This document shows, piece by piece, positions 19,639 through 30,286 of a stretch of 64,000 nucleotides of DNA (position 1 is its first letter; each line of letters starts with the position of its first letter). The position numbers and the translations under genes were made by a program. This stretch comes from Candidatus Eiseniibacteriota bacterium. Its GTDB lineage: Bacteria > Eisenbacteria > RBG-16-71-46 > JABDJR01. The notes beneath the pieces were generated by a model. It was given only the letters and a program-made list of their open reading frames with translations, searched no databases and had not been told where the DNA came from. The stretch lies in the NCBI GenBank assembly GCA_963762255.1, contig CAVXKA010000003.1:352001-416000 (forward strand), read 5' to 3'.

Positions 19639-20496
19639 ATGAGCAGCTTCCGCTATGAGCGGCCCGGGAGTGTCGCGCAAGCCACGGCGCTTCTGGCCGA
19701 AGCGCCCGGTCGGGCGCGCGTGCTGGCCGGGGGGACCGATCTCATGGTCGCCCTTCGCTCCGGCGCCGCGCGTCCCGAGCTGGTGGTGGACGTGAAGCGG
19801 ATCCCCGAGCTCTCGGAGATCCGCTGGACTCCTGAAGGCGCGCTTGTCTTGGGCGCGTGCGTGCTGGTGCAGGACGTCGCCATGGATCCGCGGATCCGTG
19901 AGACGTTTCCCGCGCTCTCCGAAGGCGCGCTCGCCATCGGATCGCTCCAGATCCGCTCGCGAGCGACGATCGGCGGCAATCTGGCCAATGCGTCGCCGTG
20001 CATGGACACCGCTCCCCCGCTGCTCATCCTGAACGCGCGGATCCGCGCGGCGGGCCCGCAGGGCGAACGCGAGATCCCGCTCGCCGAGTTCTTCCGCGGC
20101 GTGAAGCAGACGGCGCTCGCCGCCGACGAGATGCTCACGGCGGTGCTGGTGCCCAAGCCGCCTGCCGGGTTCCGCGCGGCATTCGACAAGATCAAGCGCG
20201 TCTACGGCCACGACCTGGCGCTGGTGAACGCGGCGGCGGGCTTCGACCCGGGCGCGGGCACGTTGCGCGCCGCCATCGGAAGCTGCGGCATCACCCCCGT
20301 GCTCACTCCCCTCCTCACCGGCATCGACCCGGCCGGCGACGCCCGGGAGGCAGGAACGCGCCTGGGGGCGCTGGCGCTCGAACACATCTGCCCCATCGAC
20401 GACGTGCGCTCCTCCGCCGAGTACCGGCGCGACATGACCGTCGCCCTCTGCCGGCGGATGGTGGCGCGGCTCCTCGGCGGGTCGAGGAAACGATGA
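19639..20496 (+). CDS. Xanthine-dehydrogenase-family FAD-binding subunit (CoxM/XdhB-like)
   Basis: LAGGTDL, IGSLQIRSRATIGGNLANASP, PIDDVRSSAEYR. Confidence 0.93.
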   Translation: MSSFRYERPGSVAQATALLAEAPGRARVLAGGTDLMVALRSGAARPELVVDVKRIPELSEIRWTPEGALVLGACVLVQDVAMDPRIRETFPALSEGALAIGSLQIRSRATIGGNLANASPCMDTAPPLLILNARIRAAGPQGEREIPLAEFFRGVKQTALAADEMLTAVLVPKPPAGFRAAFDKIKRVYGHDLALVNAAAGFDPGAGTLRAAIGSCGITPVLTPLLTGIDPAGDAREAGTRLGALALEHICPIDDVRSSAEYRRDMTVALCRRMVARLLGGSRKR

Positions 20497-23369
20497 TGAA
20501 GACCCACGCAATCACGCTCACCGTCAACGGTGCGACGTCCACGCTGGAAGTGCCGGCGGAGCGAACGCTGCTCGAGCTGCTCAAGGGCGGCTTCCACCTG
20601 CAAAGCGTCAAGGGGGGCTGCGGCATCGGCGAGTGCGGCGTATGCACCGTCGTCATGAACGGCCGCCCGGTGAACGCGTGCCTCGTGCTCGCGGTGGAGG
20701 CGGACGGCGCGGTCATCGAGACCGCGGAAGGCATGACCGAGGACCTCGGCGTGCTCTCCGACCTCCAGCAGGCCTTCATCGACTTCGGCGCCGTTCAATG
20801 CGGCTTCTGCACGCCGGGGATGCTCAACTCCGCGCGCGCGCTGCTCGCGGCAAACCCGCATCCGTCGCGTGAGGAGATCGTCGAGGCGCTCTCCGGCAAC
20901 CTGTGTCGATGCACCGGCTACGAGCCGATCATCCAGGCGGTGGAGGCTGTGGCGTCGGGAACGTACCGCGCCGCCGAGCCGCTGTCGGGCCCGTTCGTCG
21001 GCGGCGGGGCCCCGCGCTTGGACGCGGCGGCCAAGGTCACCGGCTCCGCGGTTTTCGTGCACGACATGACGCTTTCGGGGATGCTTCACGCACGCATTCT
21101 CACCTCTCCGCATCCCGCCGCGCGCATCAAGCGCATCGACACCTCCAAGGCCCGCGCGATGCCGGGGGTCCGCGCCGTGCTGACCGGCGCCGATCTCCCT
21201 TACAAGCTCGGCCTCTACATGGAGGACAAGGACATCCTCGCCCGCGGGGTGGTGCGCCATCAGGGCGAAGCGGTGGCCGCGGTCGCCGCCGAGACGGTCG
21301 CGCAGGCGCGCGCCGCGTGTCGCGCGATCGAGGTGGAGTACGAGCCGATCGAAGCGGTGCTCGACGTCGAGGAAGCGCTCCGCGAAGACGCGCCGCAGGT
21401 GCACCCCGATCTCGCGAACTACTCCTGGATGAAGGGGGTCTTCTTCCCGCAACCCGGCAAGAACATCGCCCACCAGCAGAAGATTCGCAAAGGGGACATC
21501 GCGAAGGGCTTCGCCGAGGCTGACCGCGTGTTCGAGTTCAGCTTCCGCAACCCGCCGGTGCAGCACGTGCCGCTCGAGACGCATACCGCTATCGCCACAG
21601 CGCGCGCGGACGGCGAGGTCGAGATCATCACCTCGGCGCAGTCCCCCTTCACCGTGCGGCACCTCTTCTGCCACACCTTCGCCATGCCGCTCCAGAAGGT
21701 GCGGGTGAAGGTGCCCTATGTCGGTGGCGGCTTCGGCGGCAAGGCCGGCATCCATCTGGAGCCGTTGGTGTACTGCTTGTCCAAGGCCGCGGGCGGCCGA
21801 CCGGTGAAGATCACGGCCACGCGCGAGGAGGAGTTCAACACGCTTCCCTCGCGGCAGGGGCTGCGCAGCCGCATCAAGACCGGGGTGAGCAAGGACGGAC
21901 GCATCGTCGCGCTCGAGATCGCGTATCACTGGGACGCCGGCGCCTATGCGGACTACGGCGTGAATATCGGGCGCGCTGCCGCCTACTCGGGCGCGGGGCC
22001 GTACGTGGTGCCCAACTGCAAGCTCGATTCGTACGTGGTCTATACGAACAAGATTCATGGCACGGCCTACCGAGGCTTCGGCCATCTCGAAGTGCTCTGG
22101 GGCATCGAGCGCAACATGGACCTCGTGGCGCGGGCGCTGGGGATGGACTCCTTCGAGTTCCGCATGAAGAACCTGCTCCGTCCCGGCGAGACCACCATCA
22201 CCGGCGAACTCGTGACCGAGAGCCACGGCAGGCCAGATGAGTGCCTGCGTCTGGTGGCCGAGGCAATCGGCTGGGATCCCAAGGCCCGCGCCTCCGCGCC
22301 GGTTGCGCCGGGTTCGGGCGTGGTGCGCGCGAAGGGGCTGGCCATGGTCCACAAGGCGCCGGCCATGCCTACTTTCACCTCGTGCTCGGCCACCATCCTC
22401 ATGAACGGCGACGGCTCGGCCAACGTGCTGGTGAGCGGCGTGGATTACGGTCAGGGCACCTATACCACGCTGGCGCAGATCGCCGCTGACGAGCTCAAGT
22501 TGCCGCTCAACAAGATCCGGGTCCCGTGGGACAGCGACACCGATTTCACACCCTACGATTGGCAGACCGTGGCGAGCCGCTTCGCGGTGATGGGCGGAAA
22601 CGCGGTCATCGAAGCCGCGCGCGACTGCCTGCGCCAGATCAAGGAGGTCGCCGCGCAGGCGCTCCAGGCACCGGTCGATCAGATCGAATGCGGGGACGGC
22701 AAGGTCTGGACGCGGGGAGCGCCTGATCACGCCCTCGACTACAGCAAGATCGTACTCGGTTACACCTATCCGAACGGCAACAGCATCGGCGGGCCGGTGA
22801 TCGGACGCGGGCGCTACATCGCGACCGGGCTCACCAACCTGGACCCGGAGACCGGGCAGGGGCTCCCCGCTCTCAACTGGACCTACGGCGCGCATGCGGT
22901 GGATCTCGAGGTGGACACCGATACCGGACACGTCCGCGTGCACACCTTCGCTTCCGCGTTCGACGTCGGGAAGGTGCTCAACCTCCAGCAGTGCAAGACG
23001 CAGGTCATCGGGGGTGTGATTCAGGGGCTGGGATCGGCGGTCATCGAGAAGTTCGTGTTCGACAAGGGGCGGCTCGTCAACAACTCCTTCGTGGACTACA
23101 AGATTCCCACCGCGAAGGACATCCCGACGGAGATGAAGCAGTTCTTCGTGGAGACGCCGCATCCGCAGGGGCCGTACGGGGCGCGCGGCGTCGCCGAGCA
23201 CCCGATGATCTCGGTGCCGAGCGCGGTCGGCAACGCGGTCGCCAACGCCACCGGGGTCGAGTTCTTCGAGCTGCCGTTGGATCCGGAGCGGATCTACCTG
23301 ACGCTCAAACGCGCCACGGAGGGGAAGCCGCAGCCTGCGACGGACGCGGCCCGGGTGGCCAGGAAGTAG
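20493..23369 (+). CDS. Xanthine-dehydrogenase-family molybdoenzyme, fused 2x[2Fe-2S] and molybdopterin domains (958 aa)
   Basis: GCGIGECGVC, QCGFCTPG, NLCRCTGY, GGGFGGK, AYRGFG, GQG, GARGVAE; ATGA overlap at 20493. Confidence 0.93.
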   Translation: MMKTHAITLTVNGATSTLEVPAERTLLELLKGGFHLQSVKGGCGIGECGVCTVVMNGRPVNACLVLAVEADGAVIETAEGMTEDLGVLSDLQQAFIDFGAVQCGFCTPGMLNSARALLAANPHPSREEIVEALSGNLCRCTGYEPIIQAVEAVASGTYRAAEPLSGPFVGGGAPRLDAAAKVTGSAVFVHDMTLSGMLHARILTSPHPAARIKRIDTSKARAMPGVRAVLTGADLPYKLGLYMEDKDILARGVVRHQGEAVAAVAAETVAQARAACRAIEVEYEPIEAVLDVEEALREDAPQVHPDLANYSWMKGVFFPQPGKNIAHQQKIRKGDIAKGFAEADRVFEFSFRNPPVQHVPLETHTAIATARADGEVEIITSAQSPFTVRHLFCHTFAMPLQKVRVKVPYVGGGFGGKAGIHLEPLVYCLSKAAGGRPVKITATREEEFNTLPSRQGLRSRIKTGVSKDGRIVALEIAYHWDAGAYADYGVNIGRAAAYSGAGPYVVPNCKLDSYVVYTNKIHGTAYRGFGHLEVLWGIERNMDLVARALGMDSFEFRMKNLLRPGETTITGELVTESHGRPDECLRLVAEAIGWDPKARASAPVAPGSGVVRAKGLAMVHKAPAMPTFTSCSATILMNGDGSANVLVSGVDYGQGTYTTLAQIAADELKLPLNKIRVPWDSDTDFTPYDWQTVASRFAVMGGNAVIEAARDCLRQIKEVAAQALQAPVDQIECGDGKVWTRGAPDHALDYSKIVLGYTYPNGNSIGGPVIGRGRYIATGLTNLDPETGQGLPALNWTYGAHAVDLEVDTDTGHVRVHTFASAFDVGKVLNLQQCKTQVIGGVIQGLGSAVIEKFVFDKGRLVNNSFVDYKIPTAKDIPTEMKQFFVETPHPQGPYGARGVAEHPMISVPSAVGNAVANATGVEFFELPLDPERIYLTLKRATEGKPQPATDAARVARK

Positions 23370-23378
23370 GAGGCGCGC

Positions 23379-24957
23379 GTGTCCGGCTTCGTGCTGGTTC
23401 GCAAGGATTCGTACCACGACTCGGTGCTCCTCATGCGCCTCTCCCAGGCGCTGAAGGGCTTGGCCGGCGTCGAGGACGCGACGGTCGCGATGGGCACCCC
23501 GCAGAACCGCGCGCTCCTCGAAGCGCAGGGGTACGGCGGGGACGCGCTCGCCGCGGCCGGTCCCAACGATCTCGTGATCGCGGTGACGGGGAGGCGCGGA
23601 CACCCCGCGCGCGGTGGAGGAAGAGTTCGAGAAGCTCCTCCACGCGGAGCGACCGGCAGGCGTGGAGGACGTTCGCCCCACGTCGCTCGCCGCGGCGGTG
23701 AAGGCGCATCCCGAGTCCAACCTCGTTCTCATCTCGGTGCCCGGTGAGCACGCCGCGCGGGAAGCGCGCCGAGCGCTCCATCTGGGCCGGCACGTCATGC
23801 TCTTTTCCGACAACGTCACCGTGGCGGACGAAGTCGCGCTGAAGAAGGAAGCGGTCGAGCGCGGGCTCCTCATGATGGGGCCCGACTGCGGCACGGCGAT
23901 CGTCAACGGCCTGCCGCTCGGCTTCGCCAACGCGGTGCGCCGCGGCGCGATCGGCATCGTGGGCGCGGCCGGCACCGGCATCCAGGAAGTGTCGTGCTGC
24001 ATCCATCGCATGGGTGGAGGCGTCTCGCAGGCCATCGGTACCGGCGGGCGCGATCTCTCCGAAGCGGTGGACGGCGCGATGATGCGTCTCGGCATCGAGG
24101 CGCTCGCCGCCGATCCCGCCACGCGCGTGATCGTGGTCGTCTCGAAACCCCCGGCGGCGTCGGTCGCGAATTCCGTCATCGCCGCGCTCGCGGCCACGGC
24201 GAAACCCTGTGTGGCGCACTTCATCGGCGACGAGCCGCGTGTCGACGACACGGCTCACGGCGTCTTCTTCGCCGAATCGCTCTCCGGCGCCGCCGAGAGC
24301 GCGTGCCGCCTGGCCGGGCTGGACATCGCCACGACGACCTCCGCGCCAGACGCGGCACAGGTCGCCGCGCTTGCCGCGCGCCTCTCACCGGGCGCCGCCT
24401 TGCGCGCACTCTTCTGCGGCGGCACCACCGGCCAGGAGGCGCTCGTGCTGCTCTCACGGGCGGGCATGGAGGTGCGCTCGAATCTTCACAAGCACGGCGC
24501 GCTGCGCGTCGACGGCACCGAATCCGTGCGCGGGCATGTACTGCTCGACCTGGGCGACGACGTGTTCACGCGAGGCCGGCCGCATCCCATGATCGAGCCC
24601 GAGCTACGAAACGAGCGCCTCGCGGTGGAGATGGGCGACCCCGACGTAGGCCTCCTTCTCTTCGACTGCGTGTTGGGCTACGGCGCGCATCCCGATCCCG
24701 CCGGGGTCCTTGCCGAGGGCGTGAACCGCGCCCGCGATACAGCGCGCACCCGCGGGCGCGATCTCGTTGCGGTGGCCTCAGTGACGGGGACGCCGGACGA
24801 TCCGCAGGATTCCCGCGCGCAGACGCTCGCGCTGGAGGCGGCGGGCATCGTGGTCGCGGCCGACAACCGCGCGGCCGCGGCGCTGGTCGCCGCAGCGCTC
24901 ACCGCGGCGTCCACAGCACCGGGCTCCACAAAGGCGACCCCGAAAGGGCGGGCGTGA
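23379..24957 (+). CDS. fdrA: FdrA/AllF-family acyl-CoA synthetase-like protein, frameshifted near 23590-23615
   Basis: YHDSVLLM...AMGT in one frame; ISVPG, FSDNV, GPDCGTA, GTGGRDL, DLGDD.FT.GRPHPMI in the next frame. Confidence 0.85.
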
Positions 24958-26399
24958 TGGATACGCGCAAGCTCGAGTCGCTCTTCGGTGAAGAACTCAA
25001 CGTCATCAACGTCGGGCTCCCCTCCTTCGCGGCCGAGCTGCGGCGCGCCGGCGGGAACGCGGTGGACGTCGACTGGCGCCCGTCCGCGGGAGGCGATCCG
25101 CGGGTGCAGGACGCGCTCGACGTTTGTCTCACCCCCGACGGGGCCGTGCGCGACGACATCGCGGTGGCCACGCGGCGTTCCGTAGATCGCCTCCTCGAAG
25201 CGAAGCCCACGATCACCGGCATCGGGCGCGCGCTCGACGTGATCCCCGGCATGCGCAAGGAGTTGATCCTGCACGCCGGACCTCCGGTGACATGGGATCG
25301 CATGAGTGGGCCCACCCGAGGCGCGGTCATGGGAGGGCTCGTCTACGAGGGCCTGGCCAAGACCCCTGAAGAGGCGGAGCGACTCGCCGCGTCCGGCGCG
25401 GTGACCTTCGAGCCATGCCACCACCATGCAACGGTGGGACCGATGGCGGGGATCGTCACCGCATCGATGCCGGTGTGGATTCTCGAGAACACCGCGTTCG
25501 GCAACTGCTCCTACGCGACACTGAACGAAGGTCTCGGCAAGGTGCTCCGCTACGGCGCCTACAGCGACGAAGTGATCGACCGCCTGCGCTGGATGGAGCG
25601 CGTGCTGGCCCCGGCGCTCGCGGAGACACTCGCGAGTCACGGGCCGCTCGACCTGCGCAGCCTCATCGCCCAGGCCTTGCAGATGGGCGACGAGGTACAC
25701 AACCGCAACCGTGCGGCAACATCCCTGCTCATCCGCGCGCTCGCGCCGCATCTGGTGCGCACGCGGTTCGCGGCCGACGACATCGCCCAGGTCCTGCGGT
25801 TCCTGGACGGCAACGACCACTTTTTCCTCAACCTCTCGATGGCGGCTGCCAAGTCCGCGTTGGACCCGGCGGCGGGGATCGCGGGCTCGAGCATGATCAC
25901 CGTCATGGCGCGCAACGGCACCGACTTCGGAATCCAGGTGTCCGCGCTTCCTGGACGCTGGTTCACCGCGCCGGCGCCGATGGTGGAGGGTCTCTATCTC
26001 CCCGGCTTCACCGCCGCCGACGCCGCACCCGACATCGGCGACTCCGTCATCACCGAGACCGCCGGCCTCGGTGGGATGGCCATGGCCGCCGCTCCCGCCA
26101 TCGTGCAGTTCGTGGGTGGAAGCGCCTCGCAGGCGCTCGCCTTCACCCGCCGCATGTACGGGATCACGCTCGCCGAGCACCCGACGTACAAGATCCCTGC
26201 GCTCGATTTTCGCGGCACCGCCACCGGCATCGATCTTCTCAAGGTGGTCGAGACCGGTGTGGTGCCGGTCGTGAACACCGGCATCGCTCACAAGCGGCCC
26301 GGCGTCGGCATGGTCGGCGCGGGCCTCGTCAAGCCGCCTTTCTCATGTTTCGCGCAGGCACTTCTCGCCTTCGCGGAATCGCTCGAGCCTTCCGCGTAG
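24957..26399 (+). CDS. DUF1116 protein (YlbE/YahG, AllG-like)
   Basis: ILHAGPP, VGPMAG, NEGLGKVLRYGA, MGDEVHNRN, NDHFFLN, ARNG, DIGDS, NTGIAHK. Confidence 0.9.
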   Translation: MDTRKLESLFGEELNVINVGLPSFAAELRRAGGNAVDVDWRPSAGGDPRVQDALDVCLTPDGAVRDDIAVATRRSVDRLLEAKPTITGIGRALDVIPGMRKELILHAGPPVTWDRMSGPTRGAVMGGLVYEGLAKTPEEAERLAASGAVTFEPCHHHATVGPMAGIVTASMPVWILENTAFGNCSYATLNEGLGKVLRYGAYSDEVIDRLRWMERVLAPALAETLASHGPLDLRSLIAQALQMGDEVHNRNRAATSLLIRALAPHLVRTRFAADDIAQVLRFLDGNDHFFLNLSMAAAKSALDPAAGIAGSSMITVMARNGTDFGIQVSALPGRWFTAPAPMVEGLYLPGFTAADAAPDIGDSVITETAGLGGMAMAAAPAIVQFVGGSASQALAFTRRMYGITLAEHPTYKIPALDFRGTATGIDLLKVVETGVVPVVNTGIAHKRPGVGMVGAGLVKPPFSCFAQALLAFAESLEPSA

Positions 26400-26432
26400 A
26401 GACCTGCGCGGAAAAGGCACAACGGAGGACCC

Positions 26433-27425
26433 ATGAAGCTCATCGACCTGACCGTTCCCCTCGGCATCGGCACCCCCGCGTGGCCCACCTACGAACCGCT
26501 GCAGATGAAGTACTTCAAGCGGCTCGCACCCAACGGCGCCAACGGGCAGATCATCACCCACTCCAACCACGTGGGCACCCATCTCGACGGCGAGATCCAC
26601 TTCTACACACCCGGCAAGGACATCGCCGCCCTGAAGCTCGACTACCTCGTCGGCGAAGGCGTGGTCGTGGATCTCTCCGATTGCTGCGGCGATTACGACG
26701 TCTACACGTCAAAGATGGTGGAGGATCGCGCCGAGGTGCACGACGGCGACATCCTCATCGTTCACACCGGCTACCATCACTTCGGTTGGGACCAGCCCAC
26801 CGCGGACGAGATCAGTTACATGGTCAAGCACCCCGGCCCCGACCGCGAGTTCGCCGATTGGGCAAAGCGTCGCAAGATCCGCTGGATCGGCGTGGACTGC
26901 GGAAGCGCGGACCATCCGATGAACACGATCATCCGCGATTGGATGCCCCGCCAGGCGCGTCAGGCCGATGCCCACTTCCGCAAGAAGTACGGCAAGCCCT
27001 TGGCCGAGTACTACGACGACTCCAAGTACCAACTCATGCACCTCGAGATGTTCAACCACGGGATCATTCACGCCGAATGCCTGGGCGGAGACATCGACCT
27101 GCTACTGAACCAGCGGGCCACGATCGGCTGCTTCCCGTGGCGGTTGGTGGACGGCGAGTCGTGCATCTCTCGGATCGTCGCGTTCGTCGACGACAAGCGC
27201 TACGACGAGCTGATGAAGGTGAAGGCGCAGTACACGCTCACCAAGTGGGGCGACATCGCGGGATCGCTGGCGCCGCAGCTCCACGGCAAGAAGCGCCCGG
27301 GACCGGCGGCGGCGAAGAAGGCCGCACCCAAGCGCATCATTGCCTCCAAGAGCAGTGCCGCCCCCAAGGCCAAGGCCGTCCCCAGGCGCGAGGCCGCGCC
27401 CAAGGCCAAGAAGTCCGGACGCTGA
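26433..27425 (+). CDS. Cyclase-family metal hydrolase (kynurenine formamidase/isatin hydrolase fold) with Lys/Ala-rich tail
   Basis: DLTVPL, HVGTHLD (HxGTHxD), GVDCGSAD, HAECLGG; RBS GGAGG. Confidence 0.88.
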   Translation: MKLIDLTVPLGIGTPAWPTYEPLQMKYFKRLAPNGANGQIITHSNHVGTHLDGEIHFYTPGKDIAALKLDYLVGEGVVVDLSDCCGDYDVYTSKMVEDRAEVHDGDILIVHTGYHHFGWDQPTADEISYMVKHPGPDREFADWAKRRKIRWIGVDCGSADHPMNTIIRDWMPRQARQADAHFRKKYGKPLAEYYDDSKYQLMHLEMFNHGIIHAECLGGDIDLLLNQRATIGCFPWRLVDGESCISRIVAFVDDKRYDELMKVKAQYTLTKWGDIAGSLAPQLHGKKRPGPAAAKKAAPKRIIASKSSAAPKAKAVPRREAAPKAKKSGR

Positions 27426-27433
27426 GACACGCG

Positions 27434-28228
27434 GTGCGCGTCGGCCCGCTCGCGGCCGGCGCGCTCACCCTCGGCGCGCGGGGACGCGTGGTGTCCGTGC
27501 ACCGGCAGGCCGTGAACCTCCGCCTTGAGGACGGGCCGCTGGTAGCCCTCCTCCCCGAGGGGACGGCGCTTCACCCCTGGGCGCTCGCCGCTCCGCTCGA
27601 CTGTTCGCGCCTCGCACCGGGCGATCCGTTCGATGTCTCGAACGACGCTCTCGAAGTCGGTTCGCTTCGCGTCACGCTGGAAGGAGCGGAGACCGTAGAG
27701 CTTCGACTTCGCGCGCGGCCGATGGTCTGGCCCGCGGGCGCGATGATGACGATCACCGCGTTGCTCGTGCGGCGCCCGCACGACAGCCCCTTCGATGCGG
27801 TGCTCTCCGAGACACTGGCTCGTTTCAGCGCCGGTGGCGATACGCGCGATCTCCTCGATCTCGTCGGCCTCGGCGAGGGCCTCACCCCATCCGGAGACGA
27901 CATCTTGGTGGGAGTCCTGGCCGGACTGGACGCGCTCGCGGAGATTCCCGGCGGCGCGAGCGTGGAACGCAGCGCGCTCTGCGCCACGCTCACGCCCGAA
28001 CACCTCGCACGCACGAACGCGCTCTCCGCGCAGATGCTCGCGGCGGCCTCGGCGGGCCTCTACGCGGAACCTGTCCTTTGGATGGCCCAAGCACTCTCAG
28101 CGGAGCCAGGGGCGATCGATCAAGCGGCGAAGGCGCTCCTCGCCGTGGGCCACCGCTCCGGCGAAGATACGCTGCGCGGCATGGCCATGGCGCTCGGAAG
28201 GGCGCGAAGCCGCGCCGCCTACCTATAG
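27434..28228 (+). CDS. DUF2877 protein (YlbF/YahE, AllH-like)
   Basis: GLGEGLTPSGDDILVG and VGHRSGED motifs; start approximate (GTG 27434). Confidence 0.82.
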   Translation: MRVGPLAAGALTLGARGRVVSVHRQAVNLRLEDGPLVALLPEGTALHPWALAAPLDCSRLAPGDPFDVSNDALEVGSLRVTLEGAETVELRLRARPMVWPAGAMMTITALLVRRPHDSPFDAVLSETLARFSAGGDTRDLLDLVGLGEGLTPSGDDILVGVLAGLDALAEIPGGASVERSALCATLTPEHLARTNALSAQMLAAASAGLYAEPVLWMAQALSAEPGAIDQAAKALLAVGHRSGEDTLRGMAMALGRARSRAAYL

Positions 28229-28235
28229 AAAGTCC

Positions 28236-28787
28236 TCAGCCACGGCCACCGTTGCTCTTCGGGAGCTTAGCGGTGCCCTCGGACGCTACGCGGCTCGCCC
28301 CGGCGAGCGCCTCGGCGCCCTCCTGCGATTCATCCGCGCGCGCCACCTTCTTCTGGGCCGCGCCGAGGAGCTGCGCCACTCCGTGGAGGATAGCCTCGGG
28401 GCGGGCCGGACAACCCGGGATGTACATGTCCACCGGGATGACCTTGTCCACGCCGCCGACCACGTTGTAGGTATCGAACCACGGTCCGCCCCCCACCGCG
28501 CACGCACCGATGGCGATCACGATCTTGGGATCGGGGACGGCAGCGTAGAGCCGCTTCAAGGGCTCGCGCATCGGCCGGGTCACAGGCCCGCACACGAGAA
28601 GGACGTCGGCATGTCGAGGCGATCCGACCAACCGCATGCCCAGACGCTCCACGTCGAAGTACGGGGTGAGCGCGTCGAGCACTTCGATGTCGCAGCCGTT
28701 ACACCCACCGACGTTCGTGTGAAACACCCAGAGCGATCCGGTGAATGCCTTCGGGAAGGCACGTTGCAGAAGTCCGTCCATCGGCAT
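28236..28787 (-). CDS. hyfI: Group 4 [NiFe] hydrogenase small subunit (HyfI/HycG, NuoB-like)
   Basis: GGCNGCDIE, SPRHAD, IGACA, IPGCPARP. Confidence 0.9.
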   Translation of the reverse strand: MPMDGLLQRAFPKAFTGSLWVFHTNVGGCNGCDIEVLDALTPYFDVERLGMRLVGSPRHADVLLVCGPVTRPMREPLKRLYAAVPDPKIVIAIGACAVGGGPWFDTYNVVGGVDKVIPVDMYIPGCPARPEAILHGVAQLLGAAQKKVARADESQEGAEALAGASRVASEGTAKLPKSNGGRG

Positions 28788-28807
28788 TCAGTTCGCCTCC
28801 TTCCCCG

Positions 28808-30286
28808 TCACATCCGCGCCACGAGATCGAGCAGCGGGTCCAGGATCTGCGGGCGCAGGCCCAGCGCCAGGATCGCGGCGACCAGCATCGCCATCGCCCA
28901 CCGCATCGACGCCGGCACCTCGTGGATCTCCTCCAGCACCAGCTCGGAGGAATGCGGCCGCCCGCGGAACACCCGCTGCACCATCGCGGTCATATACGCC
29001 ATGGTGAGGAGCCCCACCGCGGTCGCGATCCCCATCGCCCACCAAGAGCGCGCGTCGGCGGCGGCAAGAACGACATGCGTCTTGGCCATGAACCCGCTGA
29101 ACGGCGGCATCCCGGCCAGCGACAGAGCGCCCACCAGCGCGCACGCCGCGGTCACCGGCATCCGCCGCTGCAAGCCGCCGAGAGCGGTGAGGCTGCGGAT
29201 TCCGTGCGCCGCGTAGATCACCGCCCCGGTGGATAGGAAGAGCAACCCCTTGGTCAGCGCATGGCTCACCAAGAAGAACACTGCGGCGTAGTAGCCGAGC
29301 GGCGGACCGACGCCGAGCGCCACCGCGATGTAGCCCACCTGCGACACGCTCGAGTACGCGTGCAGGCGCTTCAGGTCGTCCTGCACGATGGCCAGCGCAC
29401 CGCCCACCACCATCGTGAACACACCCAACCAGAGCAGCGTCTCGTTGAGAGCCGGGTACTTCGATCCGTAGACGCTCCACACCCGCAGGATCCCCACGAA
29501 GGGCACCTTGATGATGACGCTGGAGAGAAACGCGCTCATCACCGCGGGGGCCTCGGCGTGCGCATCCGCCACCCAGGGGTGGAACGGGGCAAGACCCGCC
29601 TTCGTGCCGAAGCCGATCAGGAGCAGAACCGTGGCGATGAGCACGATGTGCGACGGGATCTGGTCGGAGACACGCTGGAGGTTGCTGATGAGGAGCGCGG
29701 AATCGTTGCCCAGATGCGGCGCCGCCGCCGCGTAGAGCAGCACGCAGCCCAGGAACGCGGAGGTGATTCCCACCGTGAGCAGGAGCAGGTACTTGTAGCC
29801 CGCCTCCAGCGCGCGTTTGTCCCAATAGAAGGAGACGAGGAGCGCCGAAGCGACCGTGGTGGCCTCGAGCGCGACCCACAGGAGCACGATGTTGTTGGTC
29901 ATCACGACCCACAACAGCGTGAACTCGAGCACGAGGAAGAGCGCGGTGAACATGGGCAGGCGCCGTTCAAGGCGCATCCGGCGCTCGGCCTCCCGCAGGT
30001 GCACGCCGGGAAGATAGGCCAGCGAGTACACCGAGCACACCAAGGCGAGGAAGGTGATCAAGAGCGCCATGATCGCGGCCAGGCCGTCCACGAGGATCTC
30101 GCCGTGCAGTGCCTCGATGGGTCCCACCGAAGCCACCTGCCCCGCCTGGATCGCGGCCAGCCCCAGCGCCAGCGCGCTCGCCGCCACCCAGACCGGCTTG
30201 CGCGCGCGCCCCCTGCCTACGAACGCCAGGGCCGCCGCGGCCAGCGGAACCGCCAGGAGTGCGATCGGGATCCAGGCCGTCACCAT
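28808..30286 (-). CDS. hyfF: Antiporter-like membrane subunit (HyfF-like)
   Basis: LWVALEATT, ALEAGYKY, GFGTKAGLAPFHPWVADAHAEAP, LKRLHAYSS; start MVTAWIP. Confidence 0.85.
   Translation of the reverse strand: MVTAWIPIALLAVPLAAAALAFVGRGRARKPVWVAASALALGLAAIQAGQVASVGPIEALHGEILVDGLAAIMALLITFLALVCSVYSLAYLPGVHLREAERRMRLERRLPMFTALFLVLEFTLLWVVMTNNIVLLWVALEATTVASALLVSFYWDKRALEAGYKYLLLLTVGITSAFLGCVLLYAAAAPHLGNDSALLISNLQRVSDQIPSHIVLIATVLLLIGFGTKAGLAPFHPWVADAHAEAPAVMSAFLSSVIIKVPFVGILRVWSVYGSKYPALNETLLWLGVFTMVVGGALAIVQDDLKRLHAYSSVSQVGYIAVALGVGPPLGYYAAVFFLVSHALTKGLLFLSTGAVIYAAHGIRSLTALGGLQRRMPVTAACALVGALSLAGMPPFSGFMAKTHVVLAAADARSWWAMGIATAVGLLTMAYMTAMVQRVFRGRPHSSELVLEEIHEVPASMRWAMAMLVAAILALGLRPQILDPLLDLVARM

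Noticed and set aside
20493-23369. Aerobic CO dehydrogenase (CoxL form I)
   Set aside because: Active-site loop is AYRGFG, not AYxCSFR
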